DNA of 64,000 nucleotides from an uncultured bacterium. GTDB taxonomy: Bacteria > Abyssobacteria > SURF-5. Positions 19,743 to 30,647 of this stretch are shown one piece after another. The notes beneath the pieces are model-generated. The model saw only the letters and a list, made by a program, of their open reading frames with translations. It was not told the DNA's origin and made no database searches. Position 1 is the stretch's first letter; every line of letters starts with the position of its first letter. Where the stretch lies: positions 85,539 to 149,538 of the forward strand of contig CAZSKP010000007.1 of assembly GCA_964607485.1 (NCBI GenBank). The letters are read 5' to 3'. Made by a program: the position numbers and the translations under genes.

Positions 19743-21424
19743 ACCTGCTCGGAAGCTACGCGTACAACAAGCTCCTCCTGCTTCGAAACCATGTGCGCTC
19801 CGTTCGCAACGAGTCGAAGCTGAAGCTGGCCGTGGTTTCGCTCTGGTTGCTGATCTTTCTATCCGTCGGCTGCTGGTTCTTCTTCAAGGCATTCGATTTT
19901 TTGTACAACTTTCCCGTGGGCGACCTTCTGGCGGTCAGGGTGCTCGCGCTTTTCTTCCTCACCCTTTTCGCCATGCTGGTGTTCAGCAACATACTGGTGG
20001 CCTTTTCCACCTTGTACAAATCGGCCGAGACCGACTTCCTCTTTTCTCTGCCCATGAGCGAGCAGGAAGTCTTCATCTGCCGGTTCGTCGAGACGCTTGC
20101 GTACAGCTCGTGGGCCTTCATCTTCCTCGGGATTCCGCTCATGGTAAGCTACGGCGTGGTGTTTCACGTGAGGTGGTATTTCTATCCCGCGCTTCCGTTG
20201 TTCTTCCTGCCCTACGTCGTCATCGCGGGGATGCTGGGGACATTGATCATGCTGATTATGGTTCGCATCTTCCCGAAGATGAATTTCAAGGTCATCATCG
20301 GAGTGATAGGGGTGCTGGGGCTGGGCTTCGGCTTCTTTCTCTATCGGTCGTTTTCGGTTTCGCGGATAAGCCAGCTTGAGATATTGGACCAGATACTTTC
20401 GGCGCTGAAGACGACGCAGTCGCCGTTTTTCCCCAGCCACTGGCTGAACGAAGGAGTTCTGGCGGCGGGAAGCGGCGACCTGCGCGAGTCGGCCTTCTAC
20501 TTCGCCCTGCTGCTCAGCAACGCGCTCATGGTCGTCATGGTTTCGTTGTGGCTGGCGGGGTTTCATTACTACAGGGGATGGGCCGCGCTTCGGGGTTTCA
20601 GCCTGATACGATACTATCCCATCGGAAAGGGCCTGCTCAGCCGGGTGGAGAAGCTGGTCGGGCCGCTGCGTTCGCCGACGCGAGCGCTCGTGATGAAGGA
20701 CCTGCGAATGTTCTGGCGCGACCCGTCGCAGTGGGCGCAGTTCGCCATCTTCTTCGGCCTGCTGATCGTTTATGTGAGCAACCTGTATAACTACCAGAAA
20801 TTCATGGCGCCGGAGTGGCAGACGAGGATTGCGTTTCTCAACCTTGCGGCGGCGGCGCTCGTGCTCTCCGTCTTGACGACGCGATTCGTCTTTCCGCTTT
20901 TCAGTCTGGAGGGCAAGAGGTTCTGGATAGTCGGCCTGGCGCCGCTCAAACGCAGCAGGCTTCTCGTTCAGAAATTTCTTCTGAGCATCGCGACGACGCT
21001 CGTCTTCACGGAGGCGCTGATGCTCGTCTCGAGCATTGCCCTGAACCTGAGCGGAACGGTCATGGTCGTGTGCTGCGCGACCATGTTCCTGATGAACTTC
21101 GCCATGGCCGGGCTCGCCGTGGGGCTGGGGGCCATGTATCCCAATTTCAGGGACGACAATCCCGCGCGCATAGTCTCCGGCCTCGGAGGCACCCTCAACT
21201 TCATCCTCAGCATGCTGTACGTGGCGGTTGTCGTTCTTGTCGAGGGCATCGTGTTCTGGGAATACACCGAACGCGGCAAGGCCGGCTGGCTCGTCCCGCT
21301 TCTCAGGGTTGATTTTCATCAGGCCATACTGGTCGCGTTTGCGGCGGTGGTCGCGATAAGCCTGTTCACGACCGTCGCGCCGATGTACCTGGGCATCAAG
21401 AACGTGAACAGGCTGGAGTTTTAG
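19739..21424 (+). CDS. putative ABC transporter permease (multi-TM)
   Basis: About 12-14 hydrophobic segments, KDLRMFWRDPSQW, FPLFSLEGKRFW; ATGA overlap with the upstream gene. Confidence 0.75.
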   Translation: MNLLGSYAYNKLLLLRNHVRSVRNESKLKLAVVSLWLLIFLSVGCWFFFKAFDFLYNFPVGDLLAVRVLALFFLTLFAMLVFSNILVAFSTLYKSAETDFLFSLPMSEQEVFICRFVETLAYSSWAFIFLGIPLMVSYGVVFHVRWYFYPALPLFFLPYVVIAGMLGTLIMLIMVRIFPKMNFKVIIGVIGVLGLGFGFFLYRSFSVSRISQLEILDQILSALKTTQSPFFPSHWLNEGVLAAGSGDLRESAFYFALLLSNALMVVMVSLWLAGFHYYRGWAALRGFSLIRYYPIGKGLLSRVEKLVGPLRSPTRALVMKDLRMFWRDPSQWAQFAIFFGLLIVYVSNLYNYQKFMAPEWQTRIAFLNLAAAALVLSVLTTRFVFPLFSLEGKRFWIVGLAPLKRSRLLVQKFLLSIATTLVFTEALMLVSSIALNLSGTVMVVCCATMFLMNFAMAGLAVGLGAMYPNFRDDNPARIVSGLGGTLNFILSMLYVAVVVLVEGIVFWEYTERGKAGWLVPLLRVDFHQAILVAFAAVVAISLFTTVAPMYLGIKNVNRLEF

Positions 21425-21468
21425 ACAGGCTGAAGCGTTGAGATGGCAAAAACGACTGAGCCTCCGGC

Positions 21469-21496
21469 TTGACAGAGTCTGCGGGATTGATATAAT
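21469..21496 (+). promoter_or_regulatory. sigma70 promoter of tRNA-Val
   Basis: TTGACA-16-TATAAT with TG extension, 30 bp upstream of the tRNA. Confidence 0.7.
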
Positions 21497-21526
21497 AAAA
21501 TAGCTTCAAAAGCGGCACCCGAAGCG

Positions 21527-21603
21527 GGGCGGTTAGCTCAGATGGCGAGAGCGCCTGCCTTACAAGCAGGAAGCCACTGGTTCGAATCCAGTACCGCCCA
21601 CCA
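21527..21603 (+). tRNA. tRNA-Val(TAC)
   Basis: Acceptor GGGCGGT/ACCGCCC, anticodon arm CCTGC-CT TAC AA-GCAGG, T arm ACTGG-TTCGAAT-CCAGT, encoded CCA. Confidence 0.97.
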
Positions 21604-21671
21604 TGTAACTTACTGATAATCAGCATGTTACAACTGCGCTGAAACGCCTTGCCAGATTTTACCCATCAAAA

Positions 21672-21693
21672 TGTGGCCCAAACTGTGGCACAA
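21672..21693 (+). repeat. tandem arm-type integrase-binding-like repeat, copy 1
   Basis: TGTGGCCCAAAC-TGTGGCACAA; also at 31551 and 51719. Confidence 0.65.
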
Positions 21694-21906
21694 CTCCACA
21701 TTATCTTGTATTAATATACTTCGTTGTTCATACCATGGAAAGCCGCCACATGCCCGTTTGTCAGGTGGTCATGTAACCTTCGAGAAGATCTCTTCAGATC
21801 CGATCCCTCTTTTGGAGGGGAAAATTCTGAAGTGTGAAGCTCTGGCTAAGACTGATTCTTCACCCGTGTAGGAACGACCCGTCTCATGATTTCAGAGAAG
21901 TGAGCG

Positions 21907-22007
21907 GTGCAGAGTTGAAAACGTTATCTACACTCTCTCAGAGCGATATTTGAACGGTCAGATGGGTGAAAGCTGCACTTTCAGTAGGTCGAGAGAAGTG
22001 CAGCTTC
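21907..22007 (+). repeat. ~100-bp module-boundary repeat, copy A
   Basis: GTGCAGAGTTGAAAACG...AGAGCGATATTTGAACG...GATGGGTG, then 11-bp perfect IR AAGCTGCACTT/AAGTGCAGCTT. Confidence 0.9.
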
Positions 22008-22050
22008 GAAAAGTCTCTTTGATTCCGGATCGGCCCATCACATGGCGAAG

Positions 22051-23283
22051 CTACCGCCTTCGCCCTCCACCCATACCTAGGCGCGGCCTACGACTGCGGA
22101 AAGTGCGGCCATTTCCTTGCGACCTTGCCTTGTGTTCCGGCGTCGGGGCGATTTCATGCTTGAATCCCGAAATCTCTTCGATCCGGATCTCGTGGCCAAG
22201 GAGCCGTTGGATATTGACCAGCAGCCCTCTCTCTTCGGCACAGACAAGCGACAACGCAACCCCCTCGGTTCCGGCTCTGCCGGTGCGGCCGATACGGTGG
22301 ACGTAATCCTCTGCAACATGGGGAAGTTCGTAATTGACCACGTGGGGGAGTCGGTCGATGTCCAAGCCACGAGAGGCAACGTCGGTGGCAACAAGGGTCC
22401 TTACCGCGCCACTCTTAAAATCGGCAAGGGCACGGGTGCGCGCAGCCTGGCTCTTGTTGCCGTGGATGGACGTGGTGCTGATACCGGCGGTCTTAAGCTG
22501 CTTTTCCAGCCTGTTGGCCCCGTGCTTTGTCTTGGTAAAGACCAGTACCTGACTCCAGTCGCCCTCCCTGATAAGGTGGCAGAGCAGTTCGCGCTTACGG
22601 GAGTGCCCCACCGGGTGAATCACCTGGGTCACAAGCTCTGCCGCCATATTGCGTCGGGTCGACACCTCGATGTACTCCGGTGAGTGGAGCAGCCTGTCGG
22701 ACAGATCCCTGATCGCGGCCGTATAGGTGGCGGAAAAAAGAAGGTTCTGGCGTTTCCGCGCAAGCAGCTTCGATATCCTGCGAATGTCGTGAATGAAGCC
22801 CATATCCAACATGCGGTCGGCCTCGTCCAGAATCAGTATCTCCACTTGCGAGAGGTTCACCGTGCCTCGCCCTGCGTGGTCGAGCAGGCGACCGGGCGTG
22901 GCCACGAGGATGTCCACCCCCTGGCGGAGCTGTCTGATCTGCGGGTTGATAGCCACACCGCCGAAGACCACCGCAGAACGCAGGCGGAGGTTCCTGCCGT
23001 ATGTCTCAACAAATTCGCGTACCTGGACGGCCAGTTCGCGCGTAGGGGTAAGCACCAAGGCGCGGGGGTTGCGTGATTTGCCATCCCGACTACTCAGCAG
23101 CTGCAGCATGGGCAACGCAAAGGCGGCGGTCTTACCTGTACCGGTCTGAGCGCCTGCGAGCACGTCGCGGCCCTTCAGGATCACAGGGATAGCCTGCACC
23201 TGTATGGGGGTCGGGGTCGTGTAGCCCCGTGCCGATACGGCACCGAGCAGTTCGGCCCGAAGGCCAAGTTGTTCAAAGGACAT
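22051..23283 (-). CDS. rhlE: DEAD-box RNA helicase RhlE-like
   Basis: [46 protein letters not shown]. Confidence 0.9.
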   Translation of the reverse strand: MSFEQLGLRAELLGAVSARGYTTPTPIQVQAIPVILKGRDVLAGAQTGTGKTAAFALPMLQLLSSRDGKSRNPRALVLTPTRELAVQVREFVETYGRNLRLRSAVVFGGVAINPQIRQLRQGVDILVATPGRLLDHAGRGTVNLSQVEILILDEADRMLDMGFIHDIRRISKLLARKRQNLLFSATYTAAIRDLSDRLLHSPEYIEVSTRRNMAAELVTQVIHPVGHSRKRELLCHLIREGDWSQVLVFTKTKHGANRLEKQLKTAGISTTSIHGNKSQAARTRALADFKSGAVRTLVATDVASRGLDIDRLPHVVNYELPHVAEDYVHRIGRTGRAGTEGVALSLVCAEERGLLVNIQRLLGHEIRIEEISGFKHEIAPTPEHKARSQGNGRTFRSRRPRLGMGGGRRR

Positions 23284-23908
23284 AAAATTACTCCTCAATC
23301 CGCCTCCTCAAGATTATTGAGCCGATCAAGGCCGATTAGTTAAGGTTGTTCTTCTCTGGGAGTGTGGTTGATAAAGAAAGGAATTAGCAACGACACAACG
23401 GAGCCTATCGGTGGGCGCCAAATTCACGATACATTTATTATAACACATGATACCTCGGATTACCAGGCTTATTTCAACTCCATCCATTTAGCGGAAGTAT
23501 CCTGTTAAGAGTCAAGAATATTATCACGGTAGAATCTCAGAGAAAGACTTCGCAGGCTTGTGCTGAAAAGCGTAGAACGGAAAATGAACTCCACACTTTC
23601 TCGGGACAATATTGAAGGTCGAATGGGTGATAACCTGCTTTCAGTCAACAGAAGAAGGCCAACCTTTGGACAATTATACGAAACAATTAATCTCACCGAG
23701 CTTCTGTTCAGGCCGATCTTCTTCAGTAGAGCAATATGCCTGATATCTGAACGCAGATTGAGTCTGCTTTTCAAATTCATAAAGATGACTCTGCATCTTC
23801 TCAGCCTTTTGTTTTGAAAAAGGTAGCTAATTTCGGACAATACATCGAGTAAGTGCAATCGCACATAGATGATTTGCTGCGGAGAAGCGTTCTCAATTGC
23901 TTCACATG

Positions 23909-24298
23909 CTAAGCATCGGTTTCAGCGACGCGGGCAAGTTCGCATCGGAAATAGTTCCGTATTTGAGGTGGATACTTGAAATCGATCGCGCCATGGAGTT
24001 TGAGACTGCGTTCATGTGCGTCATCTATATTGGCAAGAGTTTTGAAGGTAATTCGGATAGTACGGCCTTTAGAATCTCGTTCACCGTGTTCCAAATTCGG
24101 GGAACCTTTGTCGGATTGGGAATGTAGCCAAACCTTGACTACAGTCAATTCAGGCAAGAAGGGTTTGGCCGTTCCGATGACGTCTTTCACCAGCCATAGG
24201 TTCTCCTCATCAGTGAAGTCGGGGAACTTCTCGGAAAGGAAATCAAGAACCGGTCCTTCAACAGTAGTTCCATTGAATTTGATACCGCTTTTTCTCAT
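23909..24298 (-). CDS. hypothetical protein
   Basis: 129-aa ORF with GGAGG RBS upstream; no motif recognised. Confidence 0.5.
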   Translation of the reverse strand: MRKSGIKFNGTTVEGPVLDFLSEKFPDFTDEENLWLVKDVIGTAKPFLPELTVVKVWLHSQSDKGSPNLEHGERDSKGRTIRITFKTLANIDDAHERSLKLHGAIDFKYPPQIRNYFRCELARVAETDA

Positions 24299-24663
24299 AG
24301 TTATTCTACCTCCACATCTGGAAGCCTCTTGGAAAGCATCCTATCAGAACCTTCACAGATCCATGAATATCTCAAGAAGAAGAGCTTTCTCAAGGGGTTG
24401 GCCAATCAGACATGCGAGCAATTGATCTGAGAAATTTCGTATCTTTGAACTTCCGGAAGCATAGAATTAGGCCGCGAGAAAAAGACAACCAGTGCATAAT
24501 TGAAACCTGCGACCGCACGCGCCCAGAAGCGGGAATAACTGTAGAGTCTTGGCGGAATCCACCTGCTTCCTTAATAGTAGTAATGATCAACCTTTCAACA
24601 AAGAGCACCCCGATCTCCCGGGAAATCCGAGTTACATTACATTTGACAGGCTCTGATGGTCGC

Positions 24664-25203
24664 TCAACGAGCTTCACTCTCTCCCTTCTCTTCAGGTTCT
24701 AGTTTCTTAATAAGGCCCGCCAAGTCTTGCTCGCCGAGAGGGGAAATCTCATGTAGCTCTCCCTTATGAGCATAATTAACTGACATTCCCCTGTACGAGT
24801 CATGATTCTTCACATTTCTATAATTCTCAATCAGCTCGCGGGCCGATTTATATGGAACATCTTCATTTGTCTGAAGAAGCCAGACAATCTCATAATTCCT
24901 GCTTTTGGTTGTTTGGATTCTTGTATAAACATCCTTTACCTTTTCATTGGAAGTTGCTGTTCTTACTTCCTTTTCAGAAGCACTTTTGGCGGCAGCACGA
25001 TCTTGAACAGGAGGGAGAGGCTGCGTTTCTATATCTCTTGGCTTAATATTAGCCGCCTTAACTATATGGGGCAAAGAACAAAAGATTCTCTTGAAGTCCG
25101 GCATTTTGTTGTACTTTTCCTGCTTTTCCTTTTCCTGTTTTTCCTTCTCCTTCTTTTCCCTTTCCTTCTTTCCGTACGGCCAGTGTAAAATTCGCATTTT
25201 CAT
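24664..25203 (-). CDS. hypothetical protein with charged EK-rich N-terminus
   Basis: 179-aa ORF; no family recognised. Confidence 0.5.
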   Translation of the reverse strand: MKMRILHWPYGKKEREKKEKEKQEKEKQEKYNKMPDFKRIFCSLPHIVKAANIKPRDIETQPLPPVQDRAAAKSASEKEVRTATSNEKVKDVYTRIQTTKSRNYEIVWLLQTNEDVPYKSARELIENYRNVKNHDSYRGMSVNYAHKGELHEISPLGEQDLAGLIKKLEPEEKGESEAR

Positions 25204-25266
25204 AAAACGATCCCGGCATCGGTTCGGGGCGAATATGTACCTAACCCGTCTCGAAGCATTAAGCCT

Positions 25267-25515
25267 CTAAAGGTAAAGGTAGAACAACCTGTCGAATCCA
25301 TGCTGTCTCAGATACCGTGGCGCATTATTCCAGAGCGCCTCATTGTCGTAATCGGGATGAAGGCAGATACACTGCATGCAAAAAGGGCACATTTTGGACG
25401 GACGGTCAACGCGCACACCACATCCGCACCATGAGGCCGCGAGCAGGTCAAATTCCTTCCCGCAATGCCTGCATTTCACAGAATGACTCATCTGCGCTGT
25501 CGAAGTCATGACCAT
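25267..25515 (-). CDS. small Cys-rich (putative zinc-binding) protein
   Basis: CRHC, WCGC, CPFCMQCIC. Confidence 0.6.
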   Translation of the reverse strand: MVMTSTAQMSHSVKCRHCGKEFDLLAASWCGCGVRVDRPSKMCPFCMQCICLHPDYDNEALWNNAPRYLRQHGFDRLFYLYL

Positions 25516-25553
25516 AGATTTCTTGCCTCTTTTGTCATGTCATGAAGTCTGAC

Positions 25554-25991
25554 CTAGTTACAGTGTGCCTCAACGGTTCTCTTCTTCTCCAAGAGTGCCG
25601 TAACCATCTCCAAGAATCCCTTAGCCTTGAAAGGCTTCGGCACATATCCCTCGGCTTTGGAAGCCCTTTCTCGCACACGTGTCTTTAGCCGGCCCTTGCT
25701 CGAATAGCCAGATACAAAAAGCACGGGAACCTCTGCATATCTTCTGCTTTTCCTGACCATCTGCAGTAGCCTGATCCCGTCGATTCTGGGCATGACTGCA
25801 CCAAGCACCAACAAATCATATTTGAGTTTCTTGATTTGTCCCAGAGCCTCTTCGCCGTCCTTTGCAGTTTCAGCCCTGAACCCGGCGAATTCAAGAAGAG
25901 ACTGGGTAAGGTTCAGGAAATCTTTGTTATCGTCGGCGATAAGTATTCTTTTCTTGCTACGCTTGTATGGCATACTTGAGAACTCCTTCAT
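25554..25991 (-). CDS. single-domain response regulator, atypical receiver
   Basis: ILIADDN, DGEEAL, MPRIDG, VSG, KPF; phospho-acceptor position reads G (LLVLGAVMP). Confidence 0.8.
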   Translation of the reverse strand: MKEFSSMPYKRSKKRILIADDNKDFLNLTQSLLEFAGFRAETAKDGEEALGQIKKLKYDLLVLGAVMPRIDGIRLLQMVRKSRRYAEVPVLFVSGYSSKGRLKTRVRERASKAEGYVPKPFKAKGFLEMVTALLEKKRTVEAHCN

Positions 25992-26186
25992 TTATGCCCC
26001 TCCTCTCAAATGCATTAGATGCTTAGATGCTTGCAAGTCGGCTGTCGCGCTATTCGTATCTGTGCCCAAAACCTCCCGCCTTTTCGAAAGAAGAAATTGT
26101 ATGCACTAAATTTCCCAATGCCAGATGTTCTTCTTTCACTCACAGAGCTTATCCTCTTCTTGGCGTTGGAATAGAGACGCACCGCG

Positions 26187-26546
26187 TCAGCCCCCGGTAA
26201 GACGCCGGACCACAGCTATCAGCTCTCCTTCGCCAAAAGATTTGCAAAGTAAAGCGTCGGGTTCGAGGCCTTCAATATCCTCCGGATAAGCGGTAACGAC
26301 CACGACGGGAACTTGCCGAAAGAATATTTTGAGGTATTTGAGCAGGGAAATGCCATTCAAGCAGGGCATTCTGATATCCGTCAAGACAAGACGAATTTTC
26401 CGGGCATCAAGCAGGCAAATCGCCTCCAGGCCTTCGGAGGCCTGGGATACGTCGTAGCCGGCCTCGAGTAACGCACGGGCTATTTGTCGCCTCTGTATGA
26501 GATTGTCCTCGACAACAAGTACTGAGGGTCCGCACACGATTATCAC
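26187..26546 (-). CDS. single-domain response regulator (CheY-like)
   Basis: VLVVEDN, LVLTDIRMPCLNG, VVTAY; GTG start inferred. Confidence 0.8.
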   Translation of the reverse strand: MIIVCGPSVLVVEDNLIQRRQIARALLEAGYDVSQASEGLEAICLLDARKIRLVLTDIRMPCLNGISLLKYLKIFFRQVPVVVVTAYPEDIEGLEPDALLCKSFGEGELIAVVRRLTGG

Positions 26547-26838
26547 TCTTTCCTGACGTGTCGGAGACAGCGCCGGTACAGGATAATCAGTTCGGCGGTT
26601 TCCTTTCGGAAGGCATTTGGATGGCTGAGATGGAGGGCCCAGAAAGGCAATCGCTTTCTTCTGTGTACAGTATATCATGGAAGACAAAATAATACTATCG
26701 AAAAGACTGTTTGGCGGACTTCCCCGTTCGCTCCTTGCGCTGCGCACGGCATCTGATGGGACCCAAACGTAGGCCGGAAGGGGCGTATTTCTCAGTGTGC
26801 GGAAGGGTGCGAATGAACTCAAGCGGAGTGTCCAGGCA

Positions 26839-26907
26839 ATGCAAAGTTGAAAACGAACTCTTCACTCTTGGGAAGGCGAACAGATACTTGAGTAATTCAA
26901 GGTTTTC
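26839..26907 (+). repeat. degenerate/deleted module-boundary repeat, copy J
   Basis: Head ATGCAAAGTTGAAAACGAACTCTTCACTC and tail TCAAGGTTTTC, middle missing. Confidence 0.6.
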
Positions 26908-26954
26908 GGCCCGGGAATGGTCTTCGTTGTCTTGCGAGGCTCGCGTGTCGCGCT

Positions 26955-27045
26955 GTCATTCCCGTGAAAACGGGAATCCAGAAAATTTCTAATGGACTAG
27001 GTTCCCACTTGCGTGGGAATGACAAAGTAGAGGCGTGGGAATGAC
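26955..27045. repeat. GTCATTCCCG...GGGAATGAC REP-like palindromes
   Basis: gtcattcccgtgaaaacgggaatcca ... ttcccacttgcgtgggaatgac, plus an extra gcgtgggaatgac. Confidence 0.7.
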
Positions 27046-27145
27046 AGAGAAGGTGTCAATTCCTTCGTGTTCTTCGTGGACAGGTTCTTTCAAGCCTCAA
27101 ACCGTAAACCGGAGACCGGAGACCGTAAACCCGAGGAGGAAATCG

Positions 27146-27304
27146 CTAATCCTGCTTGATGCGGAGGCGGACTTTGTGGACGGTGGTCTTGGAGCGTTTG
27201 TCCTCGGAGTGTTCTTCCTGTTTGCTGACCGTGGCCTCGATGATGGAATAGCCATCGACGAGATACCTGAGCAGTTCCTCGCGTATGACCTCCTCGGCGT
27301 TCAT
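27146..27304 (-). CDS. small hypothetical protein (MNAEEVIREELLRYLVDG...)
   Basis: ATG-started part of the ORF track entry, protein-like composition. Confidence 0.4.
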   Translation of the reverse strand: MNAEEVIREELLRYLVDGYSIIEATVSKQEEHSEDKRSKTTVHKVRLRIKQD

Positions 27305-27466
27305 GCCGGCGCGGGGTGAGAACGTGGCAATATTTGGGGAAACGAAAAAAATGAAAGTTGAACAGGAATAACAAAATCCACCGTGACCGGCAACCTCCGG
27401 CTCTGACGGCCTGACAAATCTTTGCCAAATCAGCCGCAAATCAACGCATAGCAGAAGAACCTGAAA

Positions 27467-29005
27467 TTAGTGACTGGGAAGGGGGGGGCTTTGCGGCTTG
27501 TCAATTCCCAGATCGATCATCCTTGCCGGGAGGTCCGGTTTGCGGAACAATGTCCGCCTTCTAAATGGACTGAATAGCAATTTGATGATATCGGACATTC
27601 CCATATTTCGGCCGAACGTACATATGAGCTTTATGGTTTGGATCGGTCGGCCGATGATTCGCCGAGCGAAGAGAAGCAAGTAACCCTTCATGCGGATACG
27701 ATTCAGCACCTCACTCGGCAAGATAGTCGGGTCGATGTCAGAACACTTGAACCATTTATGCCAGTCCCGTTCGTCATCGATGATCCCACGGTCCACATAT
27801 TCTTTCCATAAGGGAGTTCCCCGATAAACGCATAAACGATTAAAATTGAAGGTGTCTAGTTTTAGCCTGGCCGCGAACCGAAAACTTTCCATGATGTCTT
27901 GTTCACTCTCGTCCGGTGAACCAATCAGGAAGAATCCGTGGATTCTCGGAATCCCCTGACGTTTGGCTTCGTTGACTGCATGTTCCACTTGTTCCAAGGT
28001 CTGCTTCTTATTGAGCCGGTCGAGGACCTTCTGTGTGCTAGCCTCAATGCCGAAGCTCAGTGCATTGCAGTTCGCCTCGCTCATAATGGGCAATTGGTCG
28101 ATTGTGGTCGAATCGGCACGTCCCTCGCAACCCCACCGAAATTCGAACTTACGCTCGATCATACCACTGCAAATTTCTCCGATGCGTCTGCGATTCTTCA
28201 GGAAGTGGTCGTCCGTGAAATAGATCGAGCGATAACCCGCATCGTTGAGCTCTTGCATTTCGCCGAGGACATGTTTTGCTGAGCGATAACGCAACTTGCG
28301 ATTCGAGAAGGCCGGGATATTGCAGTAGATGCAGTCGTACGGGCACCCCCTGGAAGTCTGCATCGTACAAAACTTGTCGAGCGAAAGGACCGCGGGTACA
28401 TCAAGCGGCAGCGATTCGATATAGTCGATCGGGAGGGAGGTCCTATCGGCATATGGAAACTGATCTAAGTCCTCAATCAGAGCACGAGGAGTATTGCGAA
28501 CGATCTCCCGCCCGTGGCGCCATACAAGGCCTTCTACCGTTCCCGGATTCTCAAAATTGTCCAGGTACTCCGGCAGGAGTTCCTCGCCCTCTCCGGTTCC
28601 GACGCAGTCCACATGCAGGCAATCCGATAGAATGTGGGTCGCATTCATTGAAGCGAATATTCCACCCAAGATTATCGGGGTAGTTGGTGTTTCCATCTTG
28701 AGTTGGGCTGCAATGCTCTTGATAGCCGGATACGTGGTGACCGAGAGGCTCGATAGCGCTATAACACCAGGCCGTTCTTCTCTTGCCGCCCGGGCAATGT
28801 CAATGGCTTTCATTTGCGGGTGACACGTGTCGAACATCCGTACGCAATGTCCATGCTGCCGAACAATCGGTGCAAGCGTTTGGATTCCGAGAGGGGGAAA
28901 AGCCATAATTTTGATTCGCGTATCATCCGGCATCAGGCTGGCCAACTTGTCGGGGAGTAAGTTACAGAAATTATCATCCCGGATATTGATCAAGAAGACG
29001 TTCAT
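27467..29005 (-). CDS. B12-binding radical SAM protein (class B methyltransferase-like)
   Basis: PPLGI, GEGE, TSRGCPYDCIYC, YFTDD, GIEA, GFFLIGSPDES; ATG after GAGG RBS. Confidence 0.9.
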   Translation of the reverse strand: MNVFLINIRDDNFCNLLPDKLASLMPDDTRIKIMAFPPLGIQTLAPIVRQHGHCVRMFDTCHPQMKAIDIARAAREERPGVIALSSLSVTTYPAIKSIAAQLKMETPTTPIILGGIFASMNATHILSDCLHVDCVGTGEGEELLPEYLDNFENPGTVEGLVWRHGREIVRNTPRALIEDLDQFPYADRTSLPIDYIESLPLDVPAVLSLDKFCTMQTSRGCPYDCIYCNIPAFSNRKLRYRSAKHVLGEMQELNDAGYRSIYFTDDHFLKNRRRIGEICSGMIERKFEFRWGCEGRADSTTIDQLPIMSEANCNALSFGIEASTQKVLDRLNKKQTLEQVEHAVNEAKRQGIPRIHGFFLIGSPDESEQDIMESFRFAARLKLDTFNFNRLCVYRGTPLWKEYVDRGIIDDERDWHKWFKCSDIDPTILPSEVLNRIRMKGYLLLFARRIIGRPIQTIKLICTFGRNMGMSDIIKLLFSPFRRRTLFRKPDLPARMIDLGIDKPQSPPLPSH

Positions 29006-29034
29006 GGTGGGAACCTCGCCGGTTCGTACCAGCC

Positions 29035-29703
29035 TTACCGCAGAATAGAGAGAACGGCAAAGTAATGCATAACACTTCCACACAGTACAAAGACGTGCCA
29101 GACACCGTGATTGAATGGCATCTTCCGCCAAGCGTAAAATATCACGCCAACCGAATAGGAAATGCCGCCGACAAGCAACAAGACAAAGGTTTTATGCGGA
29201 ACCTCGCTTAACACTTCCCTTATCGCTATCAAGACCAACCATCCCATACACAGGTACATAGCAACCGACAATCTTCTGAACTTGGTGACGGTGATAGACT
29301 TTGTGGTAATGCCAATACCTGCAAGCGTCCAAGTGACTCCAAGTAAGCTCCACCCCCACGCACCCCTGAGGTTTACCAGCATGAATGGCGTATATGTTCC
29401 GGCAATCAAAAGGAAGATCGCGGCGTGGTCCAGCTTCTTAAAGACGAGTTTTGCCGATGGAGTCGAAAGACTGTGATAGAGGGTTGAAGCGACGTAGAGA
29501 ACTACGAGTGTGCCGCCGAAGATCGAAAAGCTCACGATATGCCAGGCGTTTCCATACGATGCAGCACACACTACCAGAAAACCCAGTCCGGCAATACTCA
29601 GCAATGCGCCAATTCCATGAGTGATTCCGCTGACGATTTCCTCACCAATACTACAGTACTGCACATGCATGTTCTGGCTGACTGCTACAGTCGATGGTAT
29701 CAT
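29035..29703 (-). CDS. hemolysin III / PAQR family membrane protein
   Basis: EEIVSGITHG, STLYHS, DHAAIFLLIAGTYTP, YLCMGW, HGVWHVFV. Confidence 0.9.
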   Translation of the reverse strand: MIPSTVAVSQNMHVQYCSIGEEIVSGITHGIGALLSIAGLGFLVVCAASYGNAWHIVSFSIFGGTLVVLYVASTLYHSLSTPSAKLVFKKLDHAAIFLLIAGTYTPFMLVNLRGAWGWSLLGVTWTLAGIGITTKSITVTKFRRLSVAMYLCMGWLVLIAIREVLSEVPHKTFVLLLVGGISYSVGVIFYAWRKMPFNHGVWHVFVLCGSVMHYFAVLSILR

Positions 29704-29873
29704 CTGCTGTTCTTCTTCCGAGCGGCCCTGGCTGTCTTCTTGCGCTTGCGTTCTTTTACCGGCGTAAAACGTTTACGCTCTCTAAGGCGCCTCTGATCGC
29801 CATCATCTGAAAGCTTCCTTTTTAGTCTCCGCAGCGCTTTATCAATATCGTCATTAACGAACACCTCAACCAT
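29700..29873 (-). CDS. rpsU: ribosomal protein bS21 homolog (57 aa, below the ORF track cutoff)
   Basis: Hand translation MVEVFVNDDIDKALRRLKRKLSDDGDQRRLRERKRFTPVKERKRKKTARAARKKNSR; AAAGGA RBS; ATGA overlap with the hemolysin III gene. Confidence 0.78.
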   Translation of the reverse strand: MVEVFVNDDIDKALRRLKRKLSDDGDQRRLRERKRFTPVKERKRKKTARAARKKNSR

Positions 29874-30063
29874 GGTAAATCCTTTCAGGTCCGTTCGTGT
29901 CTCGATGGGCTGCCTCCCAGCCCTCTAACCCAAAACACTTTGATTTTCCGCTGGTTCTGTCGCTCATGATCTTAGCCGTTTGGACATGGCCGAAGACCTC
30001 AAAGACACTTTGCAGATCAGTCTCAGTCGTTTCGGTTGACAGATTATCGATATAGATAATCAC
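29866..30063 (-). pseudogene. truncated RRM (RNP-1) RNA-binding protein
   Basis: IYIDNLS (RNP2), DLQSVFEVFG, IMSDRTSGKSKCFG (RNP1 start), then similarity is lost. Confidence 0.7.
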
Positions 30064-30562
30064 GCGGACCTCCGTGACATTTCTACGTTTACTGGCGGGG
30101 TGGAATTGTCATAAGACGCCTACCCATGTTTCCTGTTCCGGCAATGCATTGACAAGTCGAGCGTGGCGTCCCTATAAATTCCCCGCTCTCCCATGGCAGA
30201 TGGGATCGCCCGAATGAGACTTGCAGAGTTTTCCAAAAATTAGTCTGAAGATCAGATTCTCGGAATGAACTTCGTCAGGCTTGTCGGCACACTTTGGTGT
30301 GGACTTAAATGGAGAGTGAGCTTTCGGCCTGGCTTAAACGCCCAAGGTTAGGCTGATTCTTCGCTCAACGGCCCTTCTCTTCCTTTCGCGGCTTCCCGCA
30401 GATGTCTCCAGTATATACTTCGGGGTTCTCGATTGTCAAATCTCCCAAATTGACAAGTATCCCATGAAGCTGCTGAGAATTTCCGCGGCAACAGCATTAG
30501 CCGTTAAGGCAAAGGCCGCGAGACGCTCGCTTTCATCGATTATATGCAGGATCAGCTAGACC

Positions 30563-30591
30563 TTGACAACGAGAATAGATCATGATATGGT
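30563..30591 (+). promoter_or_regulatory. sigma70 promoter of the cold-shock gene
   Basis: TTGACA-17-TATGGT with TG extension. Confidence 0.6.
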
Positions 30592-30647
30592 ATTCGCACG
30601 AGCAAGCTTCTTAGAAGCAGGAGCGAGTTAGTCAATTAATTCGATTT

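Noticed and set aside
23505-23864. Possible integrase remnant in segment 1
   Set aside because: No tyrosine- or serine-recombinase motifs in the frames I read.
27095-27131. Short 7-mer tandem (accgtaa/accggag)
   Set aside because: Only about five degenerate units with no associated gene; noted as minor simple repeat.
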